From positions 52,244,788 to 52,308,787 of the forward strand of contig CM120640.1 in NCBI GenBank assembly GCA_051362555.1: 64,000 bases of DNA, written 5' to 3'. Shown in pieces: positions 49,491 through 62,199 of the stretch. A model generated the notes under the pieces. The model had not been told where the DNA came from, searched no databases, and saw only the letters and a program-made list of their open reading frames with translations. The position numbers and the translations under genes were made by a program. How positions within the stretch are numbered: the first letter of the stretch is position 1; each line of letters begins with the position of its first letter. This DNA is from Lingula anatina. Taxonomy: Eukaryota > Animalia > Brachiopoda.

Positions 49491-51216
49491 TATGTCACAC
49501 CTCTCTAGCCAACAGGAAATTCCCACCTTGGACCTGCACATTCCTCAAGACCCGATGCAAGACCCCGATAACCCCATCATCCCCTTTATATTGGACAACC
49601 GTGAACACCTCGTTTGGCCTTCCAAAATGCCCACACCTATTCGACCATTAGCTCTGAACAATGCCCTACACAACTACGATGAAACCAAGAGAAACTTTCT
49701 TGTCAAAGGCTTTACGGAAGGATTCAAAATCCCTTATTTTGGTCCATTACCTATTTCATCCAAAAACAATCTCAAATCTGCAAATGAACACACGGCCATC
49801 CTCTTAGAAAAAGTTAACACGGAAATCGCTCAAGGAAAAATTGCTGGACCTTTTACAAAAAAACCGACGAAACATTTCATAATTTCTCCGACGGGTGTGG
49901 TCCCCAAAAAAGTTCCGGGCAAATTCAGACGAATCCATCACCTCTCTCACCCAGAAGGGCATTCAGTTAATGATGGTATACCCCAGGCCTTCTCGGCTGT
50001 GCAATATCAAACAGTACAAGATGCTATTAATATTATTCTCCACTTAGGACCGGACACCCATATGGCAAAAATTGATATTGAAAATGCCTATCGGAACCTC
50101 CCCATCCATTCGGATTTTTATTTTCTACTTGGTTTCACCATTGATGGTTTATTTTACTATGATACCACTCTGCCCATGGGAATCTCAAACGCTTGCCAAC
50201 TTTTTCAAATTTTTAGTAACGCCATTGCATGGGCAGCAAAAAACAATTGCCAAATCCACGATATTGTCCACATGTTAGACGACTTCCTTATCCTTGGTGG
50301 TACTGCAGAACAGTGTCAGGAACGATTGTCCAAGTTCACCACCTTGTGTGAGTCACTAGGCGTTCCCTTGGCGCCTGACAAAACTTTTGGGCCAAGTCAA
50401 GTTATGTCCTTCTTGGGTTTGGAATTAGACATTCGGAAACGCGAAATCAGATTACCCCAAGACAAAATTGATGCCTACCTTAGCCTCTTAACGCCATATT
50501 CTAAAAAACAAAAAATTACACTGGAAACGCTGCAACAAATGACAGGAGCATTGGCTTTTTGCTGTACAGTGATTCCAGGTGGCAAAGCCTTTTCCCGCCG
50601 CCTATACACGCTCATGTCCCAAGCCCACAAAAAATGGCATAAAGTTAGGCTAACGAAAGAAAATCGCCGGGACATACAAATTTGGATAACGTTTCTAACA
50701 CAGTTCAATGGCCGGGCCTTCATACATGACAACGATTGGTCTCAAAACGCATGGCACATTTTTACTGATGCCTCCCAATCTTTTGGCTATGGGGCAATTT
50801 TTGGCAACCACTGGATCCAAGGCCGATGGCAAAATGGGGAAAATCTCATCAATGTCGCCATCCTTGAATTGTATGCCGTTTTTGCAGCTCTTACAACCTG
50901 GGCTAAACAGCTGCAAGACAAAAAAGTTATTATACACACAGACAACGAGGCCACTGTTGCCATCCTCAACAAATCCTCTGCCAAAGATAGCAACTTAAAG
51001 CAAATTGTCAGACCTCTAGTATTACTTATTATGTCACATAACATTGTATGTAAAGCAGAGCATATAGCAGGCATTGACAACACTGGCGCAGATGCACTCT
51101 CAAGAAACCGTATGCAAAACTTTTTTCAGTTACACCCAGAGGCCAGGCCACAACAGGACCAGCTACCACCACTAATTTCCTCCAACGGATTACTGCAAAA
51201 CGTAACACACTCCTGA
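49198..51216 (+). CDS. Reverse transcriptase / RNase H ORF of the DIRS/Ngaro retrotransposon
   Basis: GVVPKK..KFRRIHHLS; AKIDIENAYR; LPMG; HMLDDFL; FLGL; RNase H motifs IFTDAS, LELYA, IHTDN, N..ADALSR. Open for 672 aa. Confidence 0.95.
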   Translation: MPPLQIPLAPTPQFRGRPFVQPALLWPMLPPTPQYAEGGTGAISATNFNVATNTCAVNAFTPPTAKSTVAVTNAHRKGSAHLEIGVATTTGLLPGPINMSHLSSQQEIPTLDLHIPQDPMQDPDNPIIPFILDNREHLVWPSKMPTPIRPLALNNALHNYDETKRNFLVKGFTEGFKIPYFGPLPISSKNNLKSANEHTAILLEKVNTEIAQGKIAGPFTKKPTKHFIISPTGVVPKKVPGKFRRIHHLSHPEGHSVNDGIPQAFSAVQYQTVQDAINIILHLGPDTHMAKIDIENAYRNLPIHSDFYFLLGFTIDGLFYYDTTLPMGISNACQLFQIFSNAIAWAAKNNCQIHDIVHMLDDFLILGGTAEQCQERLSKFTTLCESLGVPLAPDKTFGPSQVMSFLGLELDIRKREIRLPQDKIDAYLSLLTPYSKKQKITLETLQQMTGALAFCCTVIPGGKAFSRRLYTLMSQAHKKWHKVRLTKENRRDIQIWITFLTQFNGRAFIHDNDWSQNAWHIFTDASQSFGYGAIFGNHWIQGRWQNGENLINVAILELYAVFAALTTWAKQLQDKKVIIHTDNEATVAILNKSSAKDSNLKQIVRPLVLLIMSHNIVCKAEHIAGIDNTGADALSRNRMQNFFQLHPEARPQQDQLPPLISSNGLLQNVTHS

Positions 51217-51257
51217 GACAGGCAAAAGCACCTAGTACAGCATCCACTTATGGACAG

Positions 51258-52064
51258 GTGGAGAAATATATAGATGCCTTTGAGTTAAAATCTGGACTGA
51301 AATTATTCCCAGGCGATGCCATCACAACATCATTATTTGTCACTTTCCTCAGTGAATGGCTAGCCCCTGGGACAATACGAACGCTACTGTCAGCGCTATC
51401 ATACAAGTACAAAGTCACATGCTGGCCAGACCCAACTAAACATTTTTTAGTAGTAGAAACATGGAAGGGTCACTATAAACATGCGTATGCCAAAGACAAG
51501 AGACTCCCCATAACGCTGGATATCCTCACTAGACTCCACCAACAATGTGCCCACCTTTTCCCACGCCCCTATGACGTCTGCCTTTACCAGACAATGATGT
51601 TACTAGCCTTTTTCGGCTTGCTACGAATTAGTGAACTTGTTCAGACAACAGCTGGGCATGCTGTATTAGCCGAACATGTGGAAATCCACAGCGATAAAGC
51701 AATTATCACACTGCAGTCTCATAAACACAGCTCCTCCCACATAGCCAGTAAAATTACCCTCTGGAGACAACAATATCTGCTGTGTCCAGTGCAACAGCTA
51801 GAACGCTATTTGGCAGTAAGACCATACCCAGTCTCATCTCAACTTTTTGTATCTCACTTGGGCTACCCCATCTCGAGAGCACAATTTGTGAGGGCTCTCT
51901 CTCACCTTTTCCACTCACTGCAATTAAACAGTACTCAATTCAAGAGCCATTCCTTTCGCATCGGGGGGGCAACATTTGCGGCATCCCTAGGTATGTCTAG
52001 TGAGGCCATTCGGCAGCTGGGCCGCTGGAAATCTTCAGCATTTACCAAATATATTAGGTATTAA
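51258..52064 (+). CDS. Tyrosine recombinase of the DIRS/Ngaro retrotransposon (frame probably extends upstream, overlapping the RT ORF)
   Basis: AFFGLLRISEL (R), LCPV, HSFRIGGAT (HxxR), GRWKSSAFTKYIR (catalytic Y). The in-frame upstream sequence reads AKAPSTASTY. Confidence 0.93.
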   Translation: MEKYIDAFELKSGLKLFPGDAITTSLFVTFLSEWLAPGTIRTLLSALSYKYKVTCWPDPTKHFLVVETWKGHYKHAYAKDKRLPITLDILTRLHQQCAHLFPRPYDVCLYQTMMLLAFFGLLRISELVQTTAGHAVLAEHVEIHSDKAIITLQSHKHSSSHIASKITLWRQQYLLCPVQQLERYLAVRPYPVSSQLFVSHLGYPISRAQFVRALSHLFHSLQLNSTQFKSHSFRIGGATFAASLGMSSEAIRQLGRWKSSAFTKYIRY

Positions 52065-52876
52065 AATGTATCGCAAGGCAAAAGACCAAACACTTGGTAG
52101 ACATCAAAGCCTTCCCTATAACGGTTGAGAAACTTATAGTTTTTGCGCTACGCCAAATAAGTGCTATTGATAGCCTTAAATTATGCTGCACATAATGTTA
52201 ACAAGTATGCGCTGATATTATCTGCTGATTTAGCGGTGTACAGTAGCCTCCATGTAGTGTCATTAGCCAAAGGGCACCACGGGACCACAACTGAGTAGCA
52301 CCCGAACAACTGTATATAGGCCCACTTGTACAATATAATACCACTACGCTGCAGCCTAATCTGGCTTACATTACTGCTCTCAGTCTCATCCTTGGGTGCC
52401 CATTAGCATACTGTGATGTTTTATCTAGATGTAATGTTCTACTTGATCTGTCCTCATTCCAAGCGGGTCTGATAAAAAATGTACTGGAGCGTATTACTAT
52501 TAGTCAATTGTTTAATTTTTGTGTTACCTATGTATGATGGCTAGATGTGTAAAGCTCAGGCATATTTGACCTGCTGGGGCTCCAGACCATGTATAGAACT
52601 GAGGACAAATCCATAGAACTGCAACATGAATGCCTATGAAACCTGTCATATAGAAGGCTGATGTTAGTTAAAGGCTTCCATAGAATCGATCTGTTTGATT
52701 AGTGCTATACCCAAAAGCTACAGTTATTCTCTTTTGTTCTCATGCCTGCCCACCGTCCACCCCCATTAGCACTTTCCTAGTCATTCATGCCATGTAAATA
52801 AAAGAGATTATAATCTAGAATCTTGTAGCTTTGTCATTAGTCTCGAAATAGGGTGGGGGAACAGGAAACCTGTTAT

Positions 52877-53060
52877 GGCATTTTTTGCAGAACCCACCTT
52901 ATGCCATGCTAATTATCAGTTTATTCAGTTACTTCAGATGTATATGTTAAAACCAAAAAACAAATGCTTAGGCATGGTCAGCTCACGACTCCTATCTTCC
53001 AATTCAGTAACGGTTAACATAAACTGATCCTGGCATAACCGAGCTATTTTGAACAATAAA
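52877..53060 (+). repeat. Split direct repeat B1 (copy B2 at 53363-53546)
   Basis: 184-bp near-identical direct repeat, GGCRTTTTTTGCAGAACCC...GAACAATAAA. Confidence 0.93.
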
Positions 53061-53546
53061 ATATTATTATGCTTGTATAATAAATTTATTGGGAGGAATA
53101 GGAATCTTGAGCTGGCCGCATAATTGTCATAAAGGGCTAATAAACTAGGCCCTCTTATCCCGCGGGAATAGTCACGTGACTTACCACTGGCCATCGGAAA
53201 GGCCATCTGGTAAACAGAACAGACAGAAAGAAGCCTCCGCCATTGCAACAGAAGCGAACACACAGCGTCGCCTTTAGAACAACTGCGTAGCTTATTGCAC
53301 ACAAACAGAACTGGTAAGTACAATTTACAATTCTACCCTTCCATCCAACCCCAACTCCTCCGGGCGTTTTTTGCAGAACCCACCTTATGCCATGCTAATT
53401 ATCAGTTTATTCAGTTACTTCAGATGTATATGTTAAAACCAAAAAACAAACGCTTAGGCATGGTCAGCTCACGACTCCTATCTTCCAATTCAGTAACGGT
53501 TAACATAAACTGATCCTGGCATAACCGAGCTATTTCGAACAATAAA

Positions 53547-54719
53547 TGTCCAAATTTGAAGTGTTCTGCTCCTCCTGGGCATTATTTAATCAAGCATGTC
53601 TATAGCAGCTCTGCATGTCTTGTCTGTGGAATGAGGTATCATTACACCATGTTGACAGAACGCCTTGTTTGCCCTCATTGCCTCAAATCTCGTCCAACTG
53701 TCAGCCAGGGACAAGATGGTATCAAATGTGAAGGAAGTAACAGACAGTATTCATGGAATGCCAGCAGTCCACAGATCTTGATGAATCTGCCAACAGCTGT
53801 CTGGAGCATTTTCCCCACCATTAAATGGGTGGCAAAAGAGCAGTAGACAGGAGCATCGTGACCCTGCAGAATGACAGAGTAAATTCCTTCTCCATGAATA
53901 AAGTGCAACTTCTCATACAGCAGGGGCACGATGAGTGGTACACTGAAAGAAGGGGTTTGTACCAGGCTGTGTTATATGATGTCCATACCTCATGCAGTCC
54001 CCCTGACAGTACTAGTGCATCAACCCAGCCTAGCATAGTTTCGTACTTAAAAACTCAAGGTAGCTACACCCTACCAACTTCAGTAAAGGACTCAATTCCC
54101 AAATTCCCAACAAGCTAGCTTTTTTCTCAACTCCAGCCTTTGTTTGGCAGCCAGTAGGTGTGATGGGATTGAAAATTAAATGTCCAAATGTGAAGTGTTC
54201 TGCTCCTCCTGGGCATTATTTAATCAAGCATGTCTATAGCAGCTCTGCATGTCTTGTCTGTGGAATGAGGTATCAATACACCATGTTGACAGAATGCCTT
54301 TTTTGCCCTCATTGCCTCAAATCACATCCAACTGCCAGCCTGGGACAAGATGGTAGCAACTGTGAAGAAAGTGACAGACAGCAGTATTCATGGAATCCCA
54401 GCAGTTTACTGATTTTGATGAGTCTACCAACAGCTGACAGAAGTTTTTTCCAGCCATCTTGTGTGAAAAATGAGCAATACATAAAAGCATTGTGCCACTG
54501 CTGAATGACAGTCTTAATTCAATGTCCATGAACAAGGTAAAGCCTCTGATACAGCAAGGACGTGACAAATGGTACACTAAGAAAGGGTGCTGTATTGTAT
54601 GAGTTCCATACATCCAGCAGTTGCCCTAACACTACCAGTACATCCTCTCAGCCTAGCAGTTTTATACGTGACAATGCCAAGTAGCTACACTCCATCCCTT
54701 CCCCTTACTCGAGCCCACA
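53547..54719 (+). pseudogene. Continuation of the interrupted Dada-B relic, with a tandem ~630-bp duplication
   Basis: Resumes TGTCCAAATTTGAAGTG exactly where 45825 broke off. CSAPPGHYLIKH occurs twice (53556, 54190). Confidence 0.85.
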
Positions 54720-54721
54720 TA

Positions 54722-55575
54722 TACTGAACAAAAATATAAACGCATGGAACTAAAATGGTCAGTTGAAATGGATAATCATGAAATATGCCCAGGTTGATGG
54801 TTTATTTGTGAACTGATGGATTTGTTTTGATCAATTAAAGTGGTCTGGTTTCACTTGGCCGCTCCCTGTGAGTATACTCAAAGGTTCAGTTTTTACACCC
54901 ATAAGACTGATGGAGCATGACGGAGTAGAGGTCAATCTGCAAGACCAATACTCGGACACTCTCTACCATCTAGGCAATAAAAGGACACACCAAAATGTGT
55001 ATTTCTGCCACTTGCCAACATGCCACAGATGTCTGAAACCATGATGGAGCATGCCATCAGCATGCTCAATGCTGGCTTGTCAGTGAAAGAAGTTGCAGCA
55101 TGCCTGAATGTGCATCATTCCACTGTCAGCCGTCTGGGAACACGCTTCAGAGACACTGGTAGCATTAGGAACCACCCTCATGCACCATGTCGCCCAACAA
55201 ACACCTGTGGAATGTTCTGGATCAGAGTTTTCAGCCATCATGTTCCAGCTCTCGAAAATGTTCGCCAACTGCAAGAAGCACTCCAGGAGGAATGGGATAA
55301 TATCCCTTAGGCCTCTATTGACAACCTAGTGATGTCCATGTGCCGCTGGTGTACTGCTCTGCACAAATTTAATGGTGTCTGTGAACTCAGGATGTTGACC
55401 CCCATGGTGTATTTGATGCCCTAACTCTTGGACTATGCATTTAAACTTCCCCTAATGCTCTCAAAGTGATGTCTATTTGTCGAGAAAAATATGGTTATTT
55501 TTGGCTATATACTCTAGTTCCATATATGAAAATAAATCCACATATTCTTTCGTGCATATATATTTTTGTTCAGTA
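54722..55575 (+). mobile_element. Internally deleted Tc1/mariner element, TA TSD
   Basis: TA|TACTGAACAAAAATATA ... TATATTTTTGTTCAGTA|TA. The remnant ORF 55020-55310 has a paired-type HTH (AISMLNAG.S..EVA..LNVHHSTVSRL) fused to the C-terminal LQEEWDNIP. Inserted in a Dada relic. Confidence 0.88.
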
Positions 55576-56354
55576 TATTTTGATGAATCTGCCACCAGCT
55601 GACAGAAGTGTTTTTCTAGCCATCACGTGGAAAAAGAGCACCAGATAAGCAAAGATTATTGTTTGTCCATAATGTGATTTATCAAGCTAAAGGATCATTG
55701 CTGAGATGCTTCTTATAGCTGCCCTTTTAAACAATGTTACATGATAAGTTTAAACTACTTGCACTCTTACACAATTAGATTTGACGGACATTACATTTGA
55801 ACAGAAGTAAACACACAACAATTACAGCAGCTGCAGTCTGTTAAGTACTATCACTTTCAAGGGCCCAGGTGCCCAAGGGAGATGGTATCTAGAAATGTGA
55901 TTTCCTTGGTATTGTTCACCCCAGGGTTAGGGGGCTTTGTCTACTTGCAATAAAAGAAGTCCTTCGTTTAACTAACATATGTGTTATTATAGTGAGAAGG
56001 GTGGATACCTCTTAGTGAGTGGCTGGCTTATGACCACATCAGTTTAGAGCTGGGCAGCATAGCCACAACACATAAAATGCAAAGTTTGCAGCTAAGTAAA
56101 GTGTAATGAGTTTAAGTGATTTTTCAAGTTGGGACACTTATTTAATGGACGTTGCTATGGCAGTGAGACCAGAAATTGGAGAAGACACACACACAAGAAG
56201 TAACTTGCCAGCTTGCTAGTAAGCCATACAGACTGGTACAGTTGTCCATGCTGCTTAGTAGTTTTACAGCAGAGTTCCATGAAAGGCTTTAACACATATG
56301 CCTTTAACACATCACCATAAAAAATGTCATAACTGGCCACAGTATTGTAAGACA

Positions 56355-56537
56355 GAGTGCATTCAGATCAGCAGACTAACAGATCCGAGGATCAAATATG
56401 GCAACCCACTAAAAACCTTGCAGCTTAATTCCAGATTAGACACTGAATAGATTCCCTAAGGGGATTAAACAAGCATTCGAGTCGATTGGCCATACTGGAT
56501 CCACAGATCTGATGGTCTGCTGTTCTGAATGCCTTCT
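56355..56537. mobile_element. Palindromic MITE-like element
   Basis: GCATTCAGATCAGCAGACTAACAGATCCGAGGATCAAATATGGC pairs imperfectly with GCCATACTGGATCCACAGATCTGATGGTCTGCTGTTCTGAATGC. Confidence 0.55.
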
Positions 56538-56952
56538 TAGAGCATGACTTGCTCCCTAACCTTATCTTAGACCCATCTCTTTATAATGTTCATTTATGTG
56601 CTAAAATGGGGTGTTTAAACTAATTATCATGTACTGGCTTCCTTAGTAGTATCAAAAAGAGAGACCTCCTGTTATTGCAAATGGACCAAAATTATGTTTT
56701 AAGGGATACCTCTTCATATGAGATCTATATTTCACAATAAAAACATTGTGAACAACTCATAGAAATATATATTCTGTTTTATCACAAAAACGGCAGTTAT
56801 AGCTATTATTCTGATATCCGAACTTGTCTGTAGACCACGTGACCTCCAATGATGGCTTTACTCTGTTGCAATCTCTTAGGAGATTATAACAAAAAAAACA
56901 AACTTTTTAGAAAAAAACTAGGAACTAACTTTGAATGTAAAAATGGATTAAT

Positions 56953-59647
56953 GAGGAATACCAGCCCGCTTGGCGCCAGGTGTCGCTAGTGTGAATTCAG
57001 TCCTTCCACAGTCGCCATGTTGGATATTGTATACGTTGGACTGTGGTACTGGCCTTAATAAACATGCCTCAGTATTGTTGTTTACCTGAATGTCAAAGTC
57101 GGCAAGGTGGGCATAATTTTCTTGAGGATTCAGGGCTTCGTTTGAAGTGAAGAGTTGCCCATGTCAAAACACCTTCCATGTTAAAGGGACAGTTACAACT
57201 TGACCCAGGCACAGTAATTAGGCCCCTAAAGATAGACGGGTTGCCTCAAAAAGAATACACGTAAAAAGGTTAATTGATCTTGGCAAAACTTATAAAGTTT
57301 TGGAAAGAGAGCTCCATAGCAAGAAAGTGCCCCTAGGAAGTACGATTTATCAAAGTGCGTTTTCTTATGTCCGTAATTTCAGAAGAGTTGTCAGTAAATA
57401 TATATAAGTGCCGGTAGCCTACTACCCGCATAAGGTTGTGTTATTAAGTAATATCCTTTTTTATTGATGTATTGAGCATGACCGGTAATGTTAATGAAAT
57501 AATTATTTTTATTTAAAATCATTATTCAGTACCTCGTAAGAATCATAAAACTAGGTATAGTTAGATAATTTATTTGTTCATGTATAGATGCAATTTCTCA
57601 GCCAATGGAATAATGCATGTTTGGAAATCTTTTTGTAACAGTTTAAGAAATAAAATTTAAAGAAAGAAAACATTTTATAAATGAACAGTTTTTGTTCTTT
57701 TTTTACAAAATAGCACTTCTGAATTGTTTTACTTGAGTAGAAACACCATATTATTTCATCGCTCTGAAAATTCATTAAAAAGCAGCAAAACCAAATATTT
57801 TATTTAAACAAAATAATTATTCAGTCCATAGTAAAAACCATGAAACCATGTAATACTTAGATAATTTATTTGTGCTATAACTTTCCTGAATATATAGCTG
57901 CAATTTCTCAGCCAATGGATTACTGTAGGTATGGAAAACTTTTTGTAACAGTTTAAGAAATAAAAATTAAAGAAAGCAAACATTTTACAAATTAACACAG
58001 TTTTTTGTTCCTTTTTACAAAATAGTACTTATGAATTATTTTACTTGAATAGAACCACCACATTATGTCATCACTTTGAAAATTCTTTAAAAAGCACAAA
58101 AACCGAATTATTTGCTGTAAATACAACTAGCAATTTATTTCATCCCACTAAAAATACTTTACAAAATAGCATCATAGGCTTTTTTCATTACAGTTAAATA
58201 TTATTAAAAACAGCATAAAAACATAAGTACTTTTTGTAAAGAATATAGCAGCACCAAATTATTTCATTTTAGTTAAAACATTTTTTAAAATTGCACTTCA
58301 AAATTATGATTGCAGCTAAAACCATCTCATACAGGGGTACTTTCTATAAACTAGCTGACACATACTTCCTATAGTGTTTTTCATTAAAAAAAGTTATCCT
58401 GGGCAAAACACATGTAGAAAAATATCCAGCGTCAGAATGAATCAACCCCAAAAACAGATCTTTGAATGTAAATACAACAGAATAGCAGAATGGGCGATTT
58501 GTAATGAACATCTGGCCTTCTAACTTAGTATAGTATTCGCGGGTTTTCTTTAGGCCCAGATTCGTGCACGAGATACACATTCCAAAAAGGGGAAATCGGG
58601 TCCGGGTCCAACTGTCATGTGTCTGCAATGGTTTTGGAAACAACAATGATTCATACAGTTTGTTTATATACTTCTTCTCTGTAGCTGCAATTATCTCTCC
58701 AAACCTGGAAGCAGTGATCTGCCATTGTCTCTCCTTGTGTCAGATTGCGCTCTTTCCTTGTTATAACTTGCTATGCTCAGTGTCCTTCGCTGTTTGTTCC
58801 TCAACCTGAAATATTCATATCCCATTAAAGCATGGTAGATGGTTACAGCATTAAATAGTTAACATACAATATTATATTTCTATGATGTCACACATCACCT
58901 AGTTTGATAATTCTTTCTCATATTTGGGCCTGATTCTTAAAATTAGACCTCTGTTTTCACTTACATCATTCCCTCTATCCATGCATTTTTGTTTTCATGG
59001 CACTTGGCAATAGTTGTTGTCCATCACAGCCGCCTGTAAGTCAGCTTTAGGGTAGGCATAACTGGTGGCTACATCAATCTTTGCCGCTGATGTGAAGTGA
59101 TGGGTAAGATTCCTGAAGTCATCATTTTATCCTGCTCTTGAAGTTGGCTGTCCTGTGGTCCTGAAATCGACAGTTTCAGGCTTTGCCCCCAATATATGGG
59201 CCTTCTTTGGGTAACCTTATAAAGAAAATAAATAAGTACATTTACTAAGTATAAAAAATCTTCGTCTTTCGTGCTACTAAAACAAAATATGAGCGTAGGC
59301 CTACTCGTACCTACAGTAGTCTACATGTACATAACATGTCAGATTTGACACACACACCTCGACTAATGTTCGATTTTTTTTCAAGGAAAATAGTTAGCAT
59401 TCGTGTTTTTCAAGCACTTTAAATGAAAAGAAAACACATACCTTTCAGTCAATTCACATTTTCATCCAGATGTTATGGCACCACATTCAAGTAAATTGCG
59501 TTTGAGTTGGTTCACTGTCAGCGACGCGTGCACACAATCCATGTTAAACTCTGGTGTAAAGCCGTGAGCGAGATTCTGCGAGATTTAAGAAGGACTGCTT
59601 TCACCCCCACGCCATCTAGCGGCAGACCCTTAAAGCGGGTATTCCCC
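56953..59647. mobile_element. ISL2EU-like (Harbinger-related) DNA transposon relic, AT TSD
   Basis: AT|GAGGAATACC ... GGTATTCCCC|AT. A THAP-like start (MPQYCCLPECQSRQGGHNF..D..LRLK*) lies at 57064 (+). A YqaJ exonuclease-like motif (HKERQWQITASRFGEII) lies at ~58680-58750 (-), convergent with it. Confidence 0.62.
57500..58100. repeat. Two degenerate ~300-bp AT-rich direct repeats
   Basis: gcaatttctcagccaatgga...tttttgtaacagtttaagaaataaaa occurs at ~57590 and ~57900. Confidence 0.7.
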
Positions 59648-60559
59648 ATTAACCATTGGTAAATTTGGTAAAATTGTTGTTTATTTCAGGTAAAGTCATT
59701 TTTTTTTTTTTTTTTTTTTTTTTGGCCAAAAGGAAGACTTACTATCCCTTTAAGGACCAATTCAACATACAGAAGGTTATGAACACCATGTCTCCAGTTT
59801 CAATGCCATGCCTTATCATGTTTGCATTTTTTTACTTAGTTATAAACTGTATATAATTTCAAACAAACCATCATATTTTCGTGATGCTTTTCAACAACAC
59901 TCATTCAACATATGCCATTTGCTCTTCGATTAGCAATTGTATTTTGAATTTTACCAAACATTATTATGATTAAATATCACTAAAATGACCTCAACAGTTA
60001 TGAAATATGCCACTTGGGCTCTATTACAGTATTCGGTCCTATCGGGACATTCTGAGATTATGCAAGAATACGTTTCATTCCCAGAAGGCATTGCGTTATC
60101 ACATTTCCACGAGGGAGGTTAGAAACTTTGTTAGAGCGAGTTTTTTGCCGAAAGGCAACGGAGTGAAGTGAGAAAAAAAGATAAATCCATGAGATCTTGG
60201 CGTTCGTGTGTTCGCGCACGGACCAGTGTGCCTCGTAACTGATAGGGAGGTGTGTTCGCACACTCCCAATTAACTTCATTCAGGCATTGACATTTATGCA
60301 GTCATGCTGAACAGAACAAGAAAATTAACTACCTTTCTACAGACAGACTCTTATTCAGTAGGACGTAGGTGGAGAAAAAGAATGGCAGATTTAGCTGAAA
60401 ACTTAATGAAAGGAATGGACGAAATGTTAGCAGCGGTGGAGCCAGAGGAGGACAAACAAGGCCAAGATTCCAGAAAAAAAAGGGCCTGGATTCTCAGCAC
60501 CACAAGATAAATCCTTGGGACTGATAGCCCAAAAACTTGTTACTGTGGTTTTAAGAAAG

Positions 60560-61540
60560 AACATTTAATATTTTTCTATTCCAGAAAATTTATAATATAT
60601 TTTGGTGCTATTTTATTTCATTTACTTAATATATCTTTAGATTTTAAAATATCTTTTTTGATACCGTAGAAAGTGTAAGGTGATGCTTATGGATCGCTGC
60701 AGTACGTGACCAGCATCTTGAATGGGGCCAATTCATTTACAGTGGAAAATAATGTTGGATGGGTGGTCTGGCTATGGGCAGAATACTGTATGAAGGGAGA
60801 GGGAAGCCCAGACCCTAACATTAAGTGGCTGAAAGAAAACAAAGAATATGAACTTTTCACTCCACCATGACCATACAACAGTGCCAGTATATAAGAGGGT
60901 ACTTAAAAAAAAAGATGAACTTCTACACACCACCTAAACCAGTTTCTATTAAGTCATCAACATCACTGCCCTCAATGTATGCCTTTTTTACATTGCCTGT
61001 GATATTCTGGAGGCTAGTAGGGATCATGAAGGCCAAGATACCATGCCCAAATAAGGACTGCTCTCCTCCACTCAGAAGTTTCTTGTATAAGCATGGCTTT
61101 GGGTCAACAGTGAGGCAGGAGTGTGGGATGCGGAGTTTCTATACCCTTCTGACCAAGAGGCTGGTCTGCTATACATGCAAGAATGCACATCAACACAGGG
61201 GAGGTGATGATGAAACCCATTATTCTTTTCATAGTTATAGCCCTTGGATTATGATGAATTTGTCACCGGCAGTCCCTTTCCAGCTGTCATCTGTGGAAAA
61301 AGAGCTATAGATAAAGACAACCGTAATTTTGTTTGACAGGCTGAACGCTATGTCAATGACCAAGGTGCACAGACTGGTACAGCACCAACATGACCAGTGG
61401 TACATGGAAAGAAGAGGGATGTACTAGACTCTGCTGTATCAAGGTCATACGGACAGAAACAGCATCCTGTCTTTTGCTAAGAAAGCCAGGAGCTACATGC
61501 CACCTATGGCTCAGATCCTACAACCTTCATCTCTTGTCCC
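60560..61540 (+). pseudogene. Rearranged Dada family-A transposase relic
   Basis: Pieces of exon 5 (SLQYVTSIL), exon 2 (ENNVGWVVWL) and exon 4 (PDPNIKWLKEN..KIPCPNKDC..QHDQWYMERRG) are juxtaposed, with stops and frameshifts. Confidence 0.85.
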
Positions 61541-62100
61541 ACTGTATGTTGAATGTTATGTAAAATGTGTTAAGATTTGGTGGAGAATGTTAAGTATGCC
61601 AGAAAATTATGTTAAGCATGCATATGATATGTTGTTTCAATTAGATTGCTCCGGATGCATAACTTGGGTCACTCATATCAAAAACTTATTATTTAAATAT
61701 GCTGGATTGAACAAAATGTAGGTTTTCCCAAAATTAGTTTGTTCGAACAGAGAATTACAGATTGTTCTATGCAGAAAGGCATGAGACTGTAAGTACATGT
61801 CATAAGTTATATATTTGTGCCACTTTCAAACCTTTACTTGACCCAGAGAAATATTTCCATTGTATAGATGTGAAAATATTGAATAGCCTCGACAGGATTT
61901 AGATGTTCAAATCATGAAATAAACAATGAGAGTGGTAGATGGAGAGTTGTTGCAATATTAAACAGAGCTTGTTTAATCTGTGAAAAAAAATTTATTATGT
62001 TGAAGATGAATACCACTTTCTACTTGCACAGAGTATGTAGATATAAAAGCTATATATCTGCCATTGGTTTTATAAGATTACTAACATCAGATTATAGGCA
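61540..62100 (+). mobile_element. Degenerate 3' part of a non-LTR retrotransposon (RTEX-like LINE)
   Basis: CVKIWWRMLSMPENYVKHAY..WVTHIKNLL, and an EDEYHFLL-type C-terminal motif. Confidence 0.6.
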
Positions 62101-62199
62101 TTTTATTTTTAGATTTTTCTACAGATGACTAAGCCCAGATTCTCTCTTGAATTGCATAGCCAAAAAAAAAACTTTGGAAGGATGAGTCTTGTGTAATTC

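Larger units (their letters stand above)
45826..53546 (+). mobile_element. Tyrosine-recombinase retrotransposon with split direct repeats (Ngaro-type DIRS), full length
   Basis: A1 45826-46100, B1 52877-53060, A2 53061-53335, B2 53363-53546 (A1-ORFs-B1-A2-B2). Overlapping gag, RT/RNase H and YR ORFs. No TSD; TAAA is shared at both junctions. Confidence 0.93.
56700..59749. mobile_element. Kolobok-like MITE relative of 39967-40600, split by a nested element
   Basis: 56870-56950 and 59650-59749 correspond to consecutive parts of 40440-40600. The right end is ACTATCCCT|TTAA; the left end is approximate. Confidence 0.5.

Noticed and set aside
51258-52064. Phage integrase or bacterial contamination
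   Set aside because: It overlaps a DIRS-type RT/RNase H ORF within split direct repeats, in a eukaryotic context.
60304-60510. 68-aa ORF with a possible coding-like stretch (MADLAENLMKGMDEML)
   Set aside because: Too short, and I cannot assign it to any family from sequence alone.
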